DNA of 63,965 bases, filler included, from an uncultured Methanosarcinales archaeon (GTDB lineage Archaea; Nanobdellota; Nanobdellia; Woesearchaeales; CAZXZL01), in the NCBI GenBank assembly GCA_964645415.1. It is 3 parts of 3 records of this genome, joined end to end, with 100 filler letters (N's around TTAATTAATTAA, not from the genome) between each part and the next. Parts side by side here need not be neighbours in the genome. Positions count along the whole stretch, not along the records: positions 1 to 22,683 come from CAZXZL010000012.1; 2 more parts are not named here. One strand, 5' to 3'. The translations under genes and the position numbers were made by a program. Of this stretch, positions 9,527-19,465 are shown in pieces. How positions within the stretch are numbered: the first letter of the stretch is position 1; the number at the start of each line of letters is the position of its first letter. The notes beneath the pieces were generated by a model. That model worked only from the letters and a program-made list of their open reading frames with translations, was not told the DNA's origin and ran no database searches.

Positions 9527-10252
9527 TTACTTTTTAAAAAGATAAAAAACAAAATCATCATCCTCAGCATAAGGAGGATTAAAATAATCTAATTTCTTAA
9601 AAGAACTAAAATTTAATGATTTTAAGAAATTTTCATCATATAAATCTGAGTAGTTAAAATCATCTTTTGTATCTAATTTTAACTTAATTTTTTTATCAAA
9701 ATGTTCATTAGCAAGATAAACTCCATCTTCATTTAATAAATTAGAAATTATCTTTAATGAATGAAAAAAATTTGAATCAGAATCAAATGAGATATGATCA
9801 GAATAGATAAAATCAAACTTGTTATTATTATTATTATTATACAATTTAACTAAATCTTTTTGATTAATGTTTTCTATATGTTTAAACTGATAATTATCTT
9901 GATTAAAAATATGGTATAAGTTTGAAGGTGAATTAGATTTAATATCTAAAAAAGTTTTTTTATCAGAGTTATTAATTATTTTTTCGAGTTCAGAGTCACA
10001 ATTAATGAAAAAGTTAACACAGTAATTATTTAAATATCTTTTAAGTATCTCTTTATGAGGTATTGATTGATAAAAATTAGTTAAATATTCTTTTTTAGAT
10101 AAATAGTCATCTTTATTATTAATTAGAAATAGATTAGATTTTTCATTATTCTTTTTATTATTTTTATAAAAATAATCTTGATATCTTTTTAATTCATTTT
10201 CATTACTTTTTTCATAATAATTACTGTCTTCATGAATTTTTAATTGACTCAT
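9527..10252 (-). CDS. Hypothetical protein, possibly a degenerate class I SAM-methyltransferase fold
   Basis: KFDFIYS and LLNEDGVYL resemble MTase motifs, but the Gly-rich motif I is absent. Confidence 0.5.
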   Translation of the reverse strand: MSQLKIHEDSNYYEKSNENELKRYQDYFYKNNKKNNEKSNLFLINNKDDYLSKKEYLTNFYQSIPHKEILKRYLNNYCVNFFINCDSELEKIINNSDKKTFLDIKSNSPSNLYHIFNQDNYQFKHIENINQKDLVKLYNNNNNNKFDFIYSDHISFDSDSNFFHSLKIISNLLNEDGVYLANEHFDKKIKLKLDTKDDFNYSDLYDENFLKSLNFSSFKKLDYFNPPYAEDDDFVFYLFKK

Positions 10253-10372
10253 ATAACTTAAATAGAAAAAACTATTATAAATTTTTTTCCAAAAATTATA
10301 CTTACTAAAATTATAAAAGCTTAAATGAAAGTTAATAATAAAATATTTATTATATACAATATCTCAATATAT

Positions 10373-11329
10373 ATGACATTTTCTAATGAAGAAAAAGAGA
10401 AATTAAAAAATAAACAGTATGGAATTTATGGAAATCATTCTGCAGTTCAAATCTGTGAATGGACAAAAAATTCTTTAAGAAAAAAAGGAACTTGTTATAA
10501 AGATAAATTTTATGGAGTTAATACACATAAATGTGCACAAATCACTCCAACTACAATATATTGTAATCATAGATGTATTTATTGTTGGAGACCTATGGAG
10601 TATATGAGAAAAAAAGATGAAGACTGGGATGAGCCTAAAGAAATTATTGATAATTTAATTGAAGAAAGAAAAATGTTATTAAGTGGATTTAAAGGAAGAG
10701 AAGGAATGGATGTTGACTTCTTTAAAGATTCATTAATTCCAGATCATTTTGCAATATCTCTCTCAGGAGAACCTACTTTATATCCAAAGATTGATGAACT
10801 TATAGCTTATTTAAATGATGATTACAAAGCAAGAACTGTTTTTTTAGTAACAAATGGAACTAAACCTAAAACTTTAAAAAAAATCTCAAAGAACCCACCA
10901 ACACAATTATACTTTTCAGTTAATGCACATAATAAAGAACTTTTTAATAAAATTACACCAAAAGGTGATTTTGAAAAACTTAAGGAAAGTTTATCTTTAA
11001 TCCCTAAGATGAATACAAGAACTGTGATTAGAGTTACAATTATTAAAGGATTAAATGATGAAAATATAGAGGAGTTTTCAGAATTTTTAAATAAATATGA
11101 TGCTGATTTTATAGAAATTAAATCTTATATGTGGATTGGTAATTCAAGAGATAGATTAAAAAAACAAAATATGCCAACACATAATTATATAAGAAAAATT
11201 ACAAAAGAAATGTTAAAACATATGGATAAATACGAATATGAAAATGAACAAAAAAGATCTAGAATAGTATTACTAAAAAATAAATCATCAAATTATAAAA
11301 CAAAAATCCAAACAAAAGATGGTAACTAA
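10373..11329 (+). CDS. taw1: 4-demethylwyosine synthase Taw1/TYW1 (radical SAM)
   Basis: [36 protein letters not shown] and [13 protein letters not shown] motifs. Start refined to ATG 10373. Confidence 0.95.
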   Translation: MTFSNEEKEKLKNKQYGIYGNHSAVQICEWTKNSLRKKGTCYKDKFYGVNTHKCAQITPTTIYCNHRCIYCWRPMEYMRKKDEDWDEPKEIIDNLIEERKMLLSGFKGREGMDVDFFKDSLIPDHFAISLSGEPTLYPKIDELIAYLNDDYKARTVFLVTNGTKPKTLKKISKNPPTQLYFSVNAHNKELFNKITPKGDFEKLKESLSLIPKMNTRTVIRVTIIKGLNDENIEEFSEFLNKYDADFIEIKSYMWIGNSRDRLKKQNMPTHNYIRKITKEMLKHMDKYEYENEQKRSRIVLLKNKSSNYKTKIQTKDGN

Positions 11330-12797
11330 AGGAATAATAATAGGTGGAAATAATCAGAAAGTTGTAATTAGAAAAAAATCTAATCAAGTAATAGAACTTG
11401 GAGAATTACTTATTAGTGAAAGTTCTAATAAAAAAATTTTAATGCAAGTTGTTGAATTAAAATATGCTAGTCAACTATCTGATCAGAACATAGAATTAAT
11501 TACAGGTATTTCTTTAGAAGAAAAAGAAGAAATTAATTTTTATGATTCAAAGTTAAAAAATTATATTCTTGCTATTGCAAAACCATTAGTTTCTATAACA
11601 GAAAATAATATTATGCCTTGTAAAAAGCTTCCTAATTACTTAAATAATGTTAGAGAAATTAAAGAAAAAGATTTAGACTTTAATTGTGATAATGAAATTT
11701 ATTTAGGTAATTTAAGAAGTGGTTCAAAAGTTTTGGATAAAGAAGTTATTTTAGATGGAAAAAAAGTTTTATCACATCATGTTTTAATTAGTGCTCAAAC
11801 AGGAAAAGGAAAGTCTAATTTATTAAAAAATATCTTATTAAAGTCATTAAATATTAATTATGCCAGTTTTTTAATTTTTGATCCACATGATGAATACTAT
11901 AGAAAAGGAATTAAAGACAAAGATAAATTGGAGTATTTTTCATTAAAACCTTTACCACATACAAATGAGTTATCATTTGATTTACGTTTAATAAGACCAG
12001 GTCATTTAATTGATATAACTGATTTTAGTAATCCACAGATACAACATATGTACATTTATTATAATCACTTTAAAGAAAGATGGATTGAAAAGATATTAAA
12101 AGGAGAGAAATCAGAAGATATGAATGAAGATGAAGTAAATGATGCTTCTTTAAATGCAGTAAAAAGAAGAATAATGAGTGCACTTGAAATTTCTATGAAG
12201 AATGGAAAAATTAGATCACATTCTGTTTTTAAAAAAGATGGTTCAAAAAGAGTAATGAAAAAGATAATAAATTCTTTAAAAGAAAAACATGTTGTTATAG
12301 ATACTTCTAGGTTGTCAGATAATATTGAAAAAATGTTAAGTATGATGATAGCAAGAGAAGTATTTAAAGAAAGAAAAAGAAATGAAAATAGAAATAGAAC
12401 AATATCTATGATAATAGAGGAAGCACCAAGAGTTTTAAAAGAAGATAATAATATTTTTTCTACAATTGCAAGAGAAGGAAGAAAGTTTAATGTTGGGCTT
12501 GTTGCGATAACCCAAATGCCAAGCTTAATTCCAAAACAAGTTCTTGCAAATCTAAATACAAAAATAATTATGGGTACAGAGATGAGTTCTGAAAGGAATG
12601 CTTTAATTGATTCATCAGCTCAAGATTTAACTGAATTTTCTGATGCAATTTCTTCATTAAATATTGGAGAAGCACTAATTACTACAACTTTTACTAACTT
12701 TGCAGTTCCTATAAAAACAGATTTATTTGAAAAGGAATTAAAAAAATATTGGAAGCAAAAGAAAGAAGATAATACAAAACTAAAATTAGATGTTTAA
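11319..12797 (+). CDS. herA: HerA-like ATPase (HAS barrel + DUF87)
   Basis: Walker [22 protein letters not shown] and [17 protein letters not shown] motifs. Confidence 0.85.
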   Translation: MVTKGIIIGGNNQKVVIRKKSNQVIELGELLISESSNKKILMQVVELKYASQLSDQNIELITGISLEEKEEINFYDSKLKNYILAIAKPLVSITENNIMPCKKLPNYLNNVREIKEKDLDFNCDNEIYLGNLRSGSKVLDKEVILDGKKVLSHHVLISAQTGKGKSNLLKNILLKSLNINYASFLIFDPHDEYYRKGIKDKDKLEYFSLKPLPHTNELSFDLRLIRPGHLIDITDFSNPQIQHMYIYYNHFKERWIEKILKGEKSEDMNEDEVNDASLNAVKRRIMSALEISMKNGKIRSHSVFKKDGSKRVMKKIINSLKEKHVVIDTSRLSDNIEKMLSMMIAREVFKERKRNENRNRTISMIIEEAPRVLKEDNNIFSTIAREGRKFNVGLVAITQMPSLIPKQVLANLNTKIIMGTEMSSERNALIDSSAQDLTEFSDAISSLNIGEALITTTFTNFAVPIKTDLFEKELKKYWKQKKEDNTKLKLDV

Positions 12798-12831
12798 ATT
12801 TTTAGTTAAATTATAATTAAACTAATATAAA

Positions 12832-13488
12832 ATGTCAGATATTAAAAAATTAAAATCAGAGTTACATGAAAAATTAGAAGAGATAATATTTAAAGATATT
12901 AAAAAGTTGTATCCTGTTCAAAAAAAATCAATTAGTCATATTAATTCTAAGGATAATTTAATTGTGTGTGCTCCAACAGCCGGTGGAAAAACTTTAGTTG
13001 CAGAATTAATTTTAGTTAATAATATATTAAAAACTGGAACAAAGGCAGTTTATATTGTTCCTTTAAAAGCTCTTGCTAGTGAGAAATATAAATACTTTTC
13101 AGAAAAATATCCTTTTTTGAATGTTGGTGTTAGTTCAGGTGATTATGATTCAAATGATTATTACCTAAAGGAGATGGATATTATAATTGTGACTTCTGAA
13201 AAATTTGATTCATTATTGAGAAAAAAGGTAGATTGGATTGATAATTTAGGTGTTGTAATTGTTGATGAAATTCATTTAATGAATGAAAAAAATAGAGGTC
13301 CTACATTAGAGATTGTTATAACTCATATATTAAGGGAAGATATTAGGATAGTTGGATTATCTGCAACAATAGGAAATCCTAAAGAGTTAAGTGAATGGTT
13401 AAATGCAAAATTAATTTATGATGAATGGAGACCAGTTAAATTAAAACAAGGAGTATATAAAGATAATAAAATAATTTTTAAAGAATGA
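12832..13488 (+). CDS. Hel308/Hjm-like helicase, N-terminal RecA domain only
   Basis: APTAGGKT, PLKALASEK, DEIH, RGPTLE, LSATIGNP and WRPVKL, then a stop; motifs IV-VI are absent. Confidence 0.85.
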   Translation: MSDIKKLKSELHEKLEEIIFKDIKKLYPVQKKSISHINSKDNLIVCAPTAGGKTLVAELILVNNILKTGTKAVYIVPLKALASEKYKYFSEKYPFLNVGVSSGDYDSNDYYLKEMDIIIVTSEKFDSLLRKKVDWIDNLGVVIVDEIHLMNEKNRGPTLEIVITHILREDIRIVGLSATIGNPKELSEWLNAKLIYDEWRPVKLKQGVYKDNKIIFKE

Positions 13489-13516
13489 GTTTAATTAAAT
13501 TATAATAGGTGATTTG

Positions 13517-13834
13517 ATGAAAAAAAATAATGATGTAACAAAATTTATTGAAGAAAAATTTAATGATGTTATAAAACGAATAGATGATGTAGATAAAAAA
13601 GTAGACAAAATAAAAAATGATATTGAAAAGAAAAATAAAAAAGATAATGTGAAAAAGAAACATAAATTAATTAGTGAATGGAGAAAAAACATACAAGATG
13701 ATTGTAAAGAAAAAGTAGAAGTTTCATTAGAAGAGGAAGCAGAGTATTTCTGTGGTTTGACTGAAAATGAAATTTGTAATATAATTAATTGTCCAAAAAA
13801 CATTGTTAAAAAAGATGAAAATCAAAAAATTTAA
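13517..13834 (+). CDS. Hypothetical protein: coiled coil plus 4-Cys C-terminus
   Basis: GGTGA SD upstream; C..FC..C..CP pattern. Confidence 0.65.
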   Translation: MKKNNDVTKFIEEKFNDVIKRIDDVDKKVDKIKNDIEKKNKKDNVKKKHKLISEWRKNIQDDCKEKVEVSLEEEAEYFCGLTENEICNIINCPKNIVKKDENQKI

Positions 13835-14213
13835 GATAAAAAATAGAAAAACACCTAATGATTTAGATTATCTTTTTACAAAAGTACAAGCATGTAAAGA
13901 TGATATTGTGTTAGAAGTTAGACTTCTTAAAAAACTAATTGATGAATTAAAAAAAAGAGAAATCTCAATAAGTGAAACATCTGTTGTTTCATATTTGGAA
14001 GAAAGATTTACTTTTATTAATAAAAATGCAGAAAAAGTAGATTTTAATTACATAAATGAGAATTTATTAACTAAGATTAAATTAAAAGAGAAAGAAATTG
14101 ATGAAAGTAATAAAAGTGAAGAAAGTAATTATGATGAAGAAAATAATAAAAACCTTGAAAATAAGAATGATAATAAAAGTAGTATCTTTGAAGATGATTA
14201 TTTTAATAAATAA
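13815..14213 (+). CDS. Hypothetical protein
   Basis: ORF overlapping the previous gene; acidic tail. Confidence 0.6.
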   Translation: MKIKKFKIKNRKTPNDLDYLFTKVQACKDDIVLEVRLLKKLIDELKKREISISETSVVSYLEERFTFINKNAEKVDFNYINENLLTKIKLKEKEIDESNKSEESNYDEENNKNLENKNDNKSSIFEDDYFNK

Positions 14214-14230
14214 TTAATTAATTAATTAAT

Positions 14231-14428
14231 TTATTCATCTTCTTTAAACTTATAGATATAACCTTTTTTCTCAATCCTTTTATATTCTACGGCATCCCTT
14301 TGACGTAGTTTCTTTAAATTATTACTAATTGATCCTTGAGATAATTTTAGGTACTCATTTATCTCTCTTGCTGTGAACCATTCATCAGGATGCTCTTTTA
14401 AGAAATTATATATATCTTGTTGGCTCAT
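14231..14428 (-). CDS. Small winged-helix DNA-binding protein
   Basis: FTAREI...LSQGSISNNLKKL helix-turn-helix plus wing. Confidence 0.8.
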   Translation of the reverse strand: MSQQDIYNFLKEHPDEWFTAREINEYLKLSQGSISNNLKKLRQRDAVEYKRIEKKGYIYKFKEDE

Positions 14429-14679
14429 TTTATGTTATTTATAAATAAAGTATAGTATATTACTTTTATTGTTGTCGAATATATATATTTTAGACTATGT
14501 TTTTATTCTATTGAGGGGAAGTTATCTGTTTTTTATAGAAGAACACTTTATAATTTTTTAATTATCTTATTTGATATTCAATATTAAAAGTTTAATAAAT
14601 TATTTGATTTTGATTTTAATAGTTTATTTTTTGATGTTTTTTTATAATAATGAAAGATATTATTTTTTTATGATCTTTA

Positions 14680-15588
14680 TTAAGATTTTATGTTTCTAAA
14701 ATATTTTTTTATTTTATCATTTCTAAAATAATTAAAATTATTTTTATCTATTAAAGATATTATTTTATCTTTATGTGAGGATAGACCTTTCCAGTCTAAT
14801 ATGAAATTTTTTGAATATTTTGAAAGATCTTTTATCATTTTTTCATCAATATGTTTTAATGCATATTTTGGAATAATAATTGGAATTGAGATTGGTGTTT
14901 CAATAGATATTTTAGTAAATTCACGAGCATAATGTGAACCTCCTATTCCAATACCATAATACTTTGGTAAGTTTATATTTTTTAAAGTATTAAATATTGA
15001 ATCACAAATTGTTTTTGAAAGCTCTTTATTTTCCCATCTCTTTTTATCAGATCCTATTTCTATAAAAACATGAGGTTTTTCAATGTAAGGACCATGATGA
15101 GTTGCCTCAAGAACTACTTCTTCAGAGTCTTTAGATAATTTATTTAATGAAGAAATTAGTGATTTATGTAAAAATGGTGCAGGTTCTGAGATTTTATTAT
15201 CATAACCGCCAAATTGAGCTTCTGAAAAGTTACCTGTTGTGTGAACAGTTAAACAAGGTTTTTTAGAACTTGAAGAGTGTCTTGATAGAAAGATAAAAGC
15301 ATCTCCTTTCAGATCTAAATCATTAAGATTTACTAATTCATTGTCAAAACCATAGAAAATTAAATCTTTATCATTATATTTTGTATGAAAAACATCAAAG
15401 TTAAGATTTTTTTGATTATTGTTCGTAAAATTGTTTGAACTTGGCCTATTTAGATTTAAAACTTTTCTAAAATTGTTAAAAATATTAATAGAAGCTAAAT
15501 CAGAATAAGAAAAAATAAAAGAAAGTGTAATATTGTCCTTTTTAAAAGGATGTTTAAATCCATCCTCTGTAAAGAACTCATTAATCAT
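14680..15588 (-). CDS. dtdA: D-aminoacyl-tRNA deacylase (archaeal DTD2)
   Basis: LSRHSS, LTVHTTGNF, LEATHHGP, FIEIGS and GGSHYA motifs; ATGA overlap with rpl11. Confidence 0.93.
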   Translation of the reverse strand: MINEFFTEDGFKHPFKKDNITLSFIFSYSDLASINIFNNFRKVLNLNRPSSNNFTNNNQKNLNFDVFHTKYNDKDLIFYGFDNELVNLNDLDLKGDAFIFLSRHSSSSKKPCLTVHTTGNFSEAQFGGYDNKISEPAPFLHKSLISSLNKLSKDSEEVVLEATHHGPYIEKPHVFIEIGSDKKRWENKELSKTICDSIFNTLKNINLPKYYGIGIGGSHYAREFTKISIETPISIPIIIPKYALKHIDEKMIKDLSKYSKNFILDWKGLSSHKDKIISLIDKNNFNYFRNDKIKKYFRNIKS

Positions 15589-16061
15589 TCTTCTATCTCT
15601 ATATCTCCGTTTTCAATTTTTTTAATTGCTTCTTTTGGTTCTTCTCCTTCAACAGTAATTCCCATTGAAACACAAGTACCAATTGCTTCTTTTACTCTAT
15701 CTTTTAATGTTTTTCCCATCATGTCTTCGGATTTAATTTTAGCAACTTTCTTTAATTGCTCAATAGACACATCCCCTTCATACTCTTCTCCAGGGTTATG
15801 ACTTGCAAGATCAATTCCAGCTTCTTTTTTAATAAGTGCAGAAGCAGGTGGTCTTCCAACTTCAACTTCAAAATTCTTTGTTTCAGTATCAATGATAACT
15901 TTAATTGGAACCTGCATTCCTTTCATGTCAGCTGTGTTTTTATTAATTTCAGCAATTACTTCTCCAATATTTACTCCTAAAGGACCTAAAGCAGGACCTA
16001 AAGGTGGAGCAGCAGTTGCATTTCCTCCTTCAACTAATGATTCAATTACTTCTTCTGCCAT
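15585..16061 (-). CDS. rpl11p: 50S ribosomal protein uL11
   Basis: GGNATAAPPLGPALGPLG and GTCVSMGITVEG motifs. Confidence 0.98.
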   Translation of the reverse strand: MAEEVIESLVEGGNATAAPPLGPALGPLGVNIGEVIAEINKNTADMKGMQVPIKVIIDTETKNFEVEVGRPPASALIKKEAGIDLASHNPGEEYEGDVSIEQLKKVAKIKSEDMMGKTLKDRVKEAIGTCVSMGITVEGEEPKEAIKKIENGDIEIEE

Positions 16062-16081
16062 TATAAATTCACCTTTAATAT

Positions 16082-16585
16082 TTAATTATCTTCATTTATA
16101 TCAGATGTATCAACATTACGTCTAATAACTTTTACAGAGTCAATTGATAAAGTAACAGGTATTGGTGTAGGAGAATCTAAAAATTCTACTACTACTTGTT
16201 TTTTATCTTTTTCGACTCTTAATACTTTTGCTTTTTCTTGTTTGAAAGTACCTGAAATGATTTTTACTACATCATTTTTCAAAATATTATAATCAACTTT
16301 CTCTTTCTTAAGATCTTCTTTAATCTCAGTGTAAGGGAAAGGATTTTCAACAACTCCTTTTGTATAAGGAGCTCCTCTAATTGCTCGGTTAATTTCATCT
16401 ATGTTTTTTGCTTCAACATAAAAATAACCTCTCATTCCATGTGGATGAAGTAATGAATAAACTAAAAAATCATCTTTTTTGATAAGTTCTTGTATGAAAT
16501 CCATTACTTGCTCTTCTTTCCCTGCTACTGTTCTAACAGCATAGAGCATTCCTTCATCTTCTTGATTGGATTCTTCATCGGACAT
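16082..16585 (-). CDS. spt5: Transcription elongation factor Spt5/NusG
   Basis: NGN domain (YAVRT.AGKE, GYFYVEA) plus KOW (DVVKIISGTFKQEKAKV); lies between secE and rpl11. Confidence 0.95.
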   Translation of the reverse strand: MSDEESNQEDEGMLYAVRTVAGKEEQVMDFIQELIKKDDFLVYSLLHPHGMRGYFYVEAKNIDEINRAIRGAPYTKGVVENPFPYTEIKEDLKKEKVDYNILKNDVVKIISGTFKQEKAKVLRVEKDKKQVVVEFLDSPTPIPVTLSIDSVKVIRRNVDTSDINEDN

Positions 16586-16668
16586 ATTTCTCACTTCCAG
16601 TTAAATAAAATAAATAAGAACTGCTACTTAAAAAAACAATCTCTTTTTAAAATTTTCTTTTTTAAAAA

Positions 16669-16842
16669 CTAAAACATTGCAATAATTGAGTTCATTATTA
16701 TTTGAATTAAAAAACCAATTAAACCAATTAAAAGCATTCCTAAAGCAGTTACTTTTGAGATTGTTTTTACTTCTTCTTTGCTTGGTTTTTTGACAACCCT
16801 AAGTACTCTTATTGATTGTTTAATAAATGATTTTAAACCCAT
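16669..16842 (-). CDS. secE: Protein translocase SecE/Sec61-gamma
   Basis: RVLRVVKKPSKEE followed by a TM helix (GLIGF). Confidence 0.95.
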   Translation of the reverse strand: MGLKSFIKQSIRVLRVVKKPSKEEVKTISKVTALGMLLIGLIGFLIQIIMNSIIAMF

Positions 16843-16950
16843 CTTAACCACTTGAAATATCTACTATATTAAATATATTTTGAATTTTAGTACTTTATTT
16901 GATAACTATTTACATATTTAAATGTTATCTGTTAAATTCCTTATAATTTT

Positions 16951-18027
16951 TTATCTTGTAACTTTATAAGAGTTTACTTTTTCTAATAATTCTTTTGCTT
17001 TTTTATTTTCTGAAAAATGCTCTCTAACTGGCATTAGTAATTTATTGATATAATTTGCTAAAGATTTTTTTAAGTCTAATGGATGTAGGTCTCCATTTAA
17101 AAAATCTTCACAAATGTCATCATAATTTTTGTAAGTTATATTTCCACCGTATTTTTCTGGTCTTTTTATTATAAATTCATCGAATTTTTCAAATACAATG
17201 TATTTTAAATATTCAAAAATTGGATTATTATTTATTTGACCATTAGGACAATATGCATCTTTTATTTTTCTGTTAACATCTTCTTTTGAGTCTGTCATGA
17301 ATATTGCTGAGTCTGGATTTGATTTAGACATTTTATTTTCAATGGATGAATCAATTGATTCTTTGTCAGTTTTTGGTTTTGTTAATCCCATTAACATGTG
17401 GTGATGAACTGCAACTGGTTTTTTATAACCTAAGTCTTCTGCAACCTCTCTTGCTAACATGTTAACTTTTCTTTGATCCATTCCTAATTGTGCAATATCT
17501 ACATCTAAATGAAAGATATCTGCTGCTTGCATTAATGGATAAATTATTTGTGAAGATGGGTTTGAAGTTGATTCTTTACGACCCATTATTTGACCACATC
17601 TCATAACTCTATTAATTGTTGAATTTTTTGATATGTTTAATACGGTTTCCCAGTAGCTAGGATTTTTATTTATAAATTCCGATGCCCAGATAAATTCAAC
17701 GTTTTCTAAATCCATGCCACATGCTTTCCATACTTCAACAAAGTATTTTCCAACGGTTTTTATTTTTTCAAGGTCGCCACCCATTTTATTATTTAACATT
17801 GCAAACCAGTCTGCAACATAGAATTTAAAATGAACTCCTGCCTTTGTTAGTTTGTTTACATTGATTGTTCTTAGAATACCTTGTGCGATATGAATCCTAC
17901 CACTTGGTTCAAATCCATCGTATGCGATAGGTTTTTCTTTTTTACTGAATACTTCTTTTAATTCTTCTTCTTTTATTACTTCTTCACCTACTTCTTTTAC
18001 TAGGTTAATTTTTTCTTTTATGTTCAT
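16951..18027 (-). CDS. tyrS: Tyrosine--tRNA ligase (archaeal type)
   Basis: YDGFEPSGRIHIAQ, YPLMQAADI, GMDQRK and KMSKS motifs. Confidence 0.96.
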   Translation of the reverse strand: MNIKEKINLVKEVGEEVIKEEELKEVFSKKEKPIAYDGFEPSGRIHIAQGILRTINVNKLTKAGVHFKFYVADWFAMLNNKMGGDLEKIKTVGKYFVEVWKACGMDLENVEFIWASEFINKNPSYWETVLNISKNSTINRVMRCGQIMGRKESTSNPSSQIIYPLMQAADIFHLDVDIAQLGMDQRKVNMLAREVAEDLGYKKPVAVHHHMLMGLTKPKTDKESIDSSIENKMSKSNPDSAIFMTDSKEDVNRKIKDAYCPNGQINNNPIFEYLKYIVFEKFDEFIIKRPEKYGGNITYKNYDDICEDFLNGDLHPLDLKKSLANYINKLLMPVREHFSENKKAKELLEKVNSYKVTR

Positions 18028-18054
18028 CTTAAACCTCTTATGAATTTAATACTT

Positions 18055-19128
18055 TTAGTCGACAAATTGTATTCCAAGTTCATTTTCTACATCGGATTTT
18101 TCTACATCAGAGAGTGAATGAGTTTTACCCATGATTTGTCTTGATTCAACACCGGTTACAATTATCATTACTCTTAATAATTTTCCCATGTCTTTTGATA
18201 TTTGTGCTCCCCAAATTAATTTTGAGTTATCTGATAAGAGTGAGTCAATTACTTCTATAACTTCTTTTGATTCATTTAAAGATAAGTTTTCTCCACCTAC
18301 AACATTTACTAATGCTCCACTTGCATTTTTTAAGTCAACATCAATTAATGGATTGTTTACTGCTCTTTCTATTGCTTCTTCAGCTCTATTATCTGAGCTA
18401 CTTTCACCTACACCAATCATTGCAACTCCTCCATCACTCATGATTGTTCTAATATCCGCAAAATCTAAGTTTACTAATCCTTGTTTTGTTACTAGTTCTG
18501 AAATTCCTTTTACTGCATTTGTTAAAATTTCGTCTGCTAGTTTAAAAGCTGTGTTTAATGGTAGGTTAGGTGCTAATTCTAATAGTTTATCGTTTGGAAT
18601 AACAATTAGTGTATCTACTACTTCAGAAAGTCTTTCTAATCCTTCTTGTGCGTTTTGTTTTCTTTTTTCGCCTTCTACATCGAATGGAACGGTTACGATT
18701 GCAACTGTTAATGCTCCTACTTTTTTTGTTATTTTTGCTATTTCTGGAACGGATCCTGTACCAGTTCCACCACCAAGACCACATGTTAAAAATACCATGT
18801 CTGATCCTTTGACTGCTTTTTTTATTTCAGTCGAGTTTTCTTTTGTAGCTTCTCTACCAATACTTGGGTCAGCTCCTGCACCAGTTCCTTCGGTTATATC
18901 TTTTCCGATTAATATTTTTCTGTCTGCTTCAGTATATAATAAGTCTTGAGCATCTGTGTTAACAGCTATTGTTTCTGCTCCTTTTATACCAACTTCTTGA
19001 ATTCTATTTATTGTGTTATTTCCTCCACCACCACTTCCAATAACTTTAATACTTTTCTTTTGTGAATAAAGTAATTCCTCTAATTCTTCGTCTGTTGATG
19101 ATAAGTCATTTTGCATATTTTTATCCAT
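18055..19128 (-). CDS. ftsZ: Cell division protein FtsZ
   Basis: GGGGNN, NTDAQ, tubulin signature GLGGGTGTG and NLDFAD. Start refined to ATG 19128. Confidence 0.98.
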   Translation of the reverse strand: MDKNMQNDLSSTDEELEELLYSQKKSIKVIGSGGGGNNTINRIQEVGIKGAETIAVNTDAQDLLYTEADRKILIGKDITEGTGAGADPSIGREATKENSTEIKKAVKGSDMVFLTCGLGGGTGTGSVPEIAKITKKVGALTVAIVTVPFDVEGEKRKQNAQEGLERLSEVVDTLIVIPNDKLLELAPNLPLNTAFKLADEILTNAVKGISELVTKQGLVNLDFADIRTIMSDGGVAMIGVGESSSDNRAEEAIERAVNNPLIDVDLKNASGALVNVVGGENLSLNESKEVIEVIDSLLSDNSKLIWGAQISKDMGKLLRVMIIVTGVESRQIMGKTHSLSDVEKSDVENELGIQFVD

Positions 19129-19219
19129 ATTTAGCACCCAACCAAAAACCTAATACTTTAGTAAGCTTTCATTATTTAAACTTTACTTTTTTATTATTTC
19201 TTTTTTAGAGGAATTTTAT

Positions 19220-19435
19220 TAATTTTAAAAGTTTATGATAGTAAAAAATCTGTGGATTTTTTTATAAAAAGTAAAAAACTAATCAAAATATGATAAAAAG
19301 ATTATAAAATTCCGACAAGTTTCATAAGATGAAAAACGAATACACACTCTGAAAGACAATTCAACGAATATACTTAAACTTGAACGAATACAATTTTACT
19401 TAAAAAAAGATACACTAAACTTTAAACGAATAAAT
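19220..19435 (+). repeat. Intergenic repeat family copy 1 (hairpin plus iterated AACGAATA boxes)
   Basis: AAAAAATC-TGTG-GATTTTTT at 19243-19262 (near-identical at 45581-45600); AACGAATA at 19335, 19363, 19383 and 19425. Confidence 0.75.
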
Positions 19436-19465
19436 TCTCAAATAGAAAAAAAAGAAAAAAACGCT

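Noticed and set aside
14211..14230. (TAAT)5 run resembling the scaffold linker
   Set aside because: No flanking Ns; it lies between convergent stop codons in very AT-rich DNA and is probably natural low complexity.
16847..16860. CCACTTGAAAT resembling a mini-ORB origin box
   Set aside because: Single copy overlapping the secE ribosome-binding region; no cdc6/orc1 gene or G-string nearby.
18131..18949. 272-aa ORF on the + strand
   Set aside because: Antisense shadow of ftsZ with no motifs. The same applies to the other short ORFs antisense to, or nested in, real genes (e.g. 1730, 2324, 15550, 29234, 33327, 36300, 51386).
19330..19435. Possible CRISPR array
   Set aside because: The repeated unit is only 8-9 bp with 12-20 bp spacers, and there are no cas genes. 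Reported as an iteron-like array instead.
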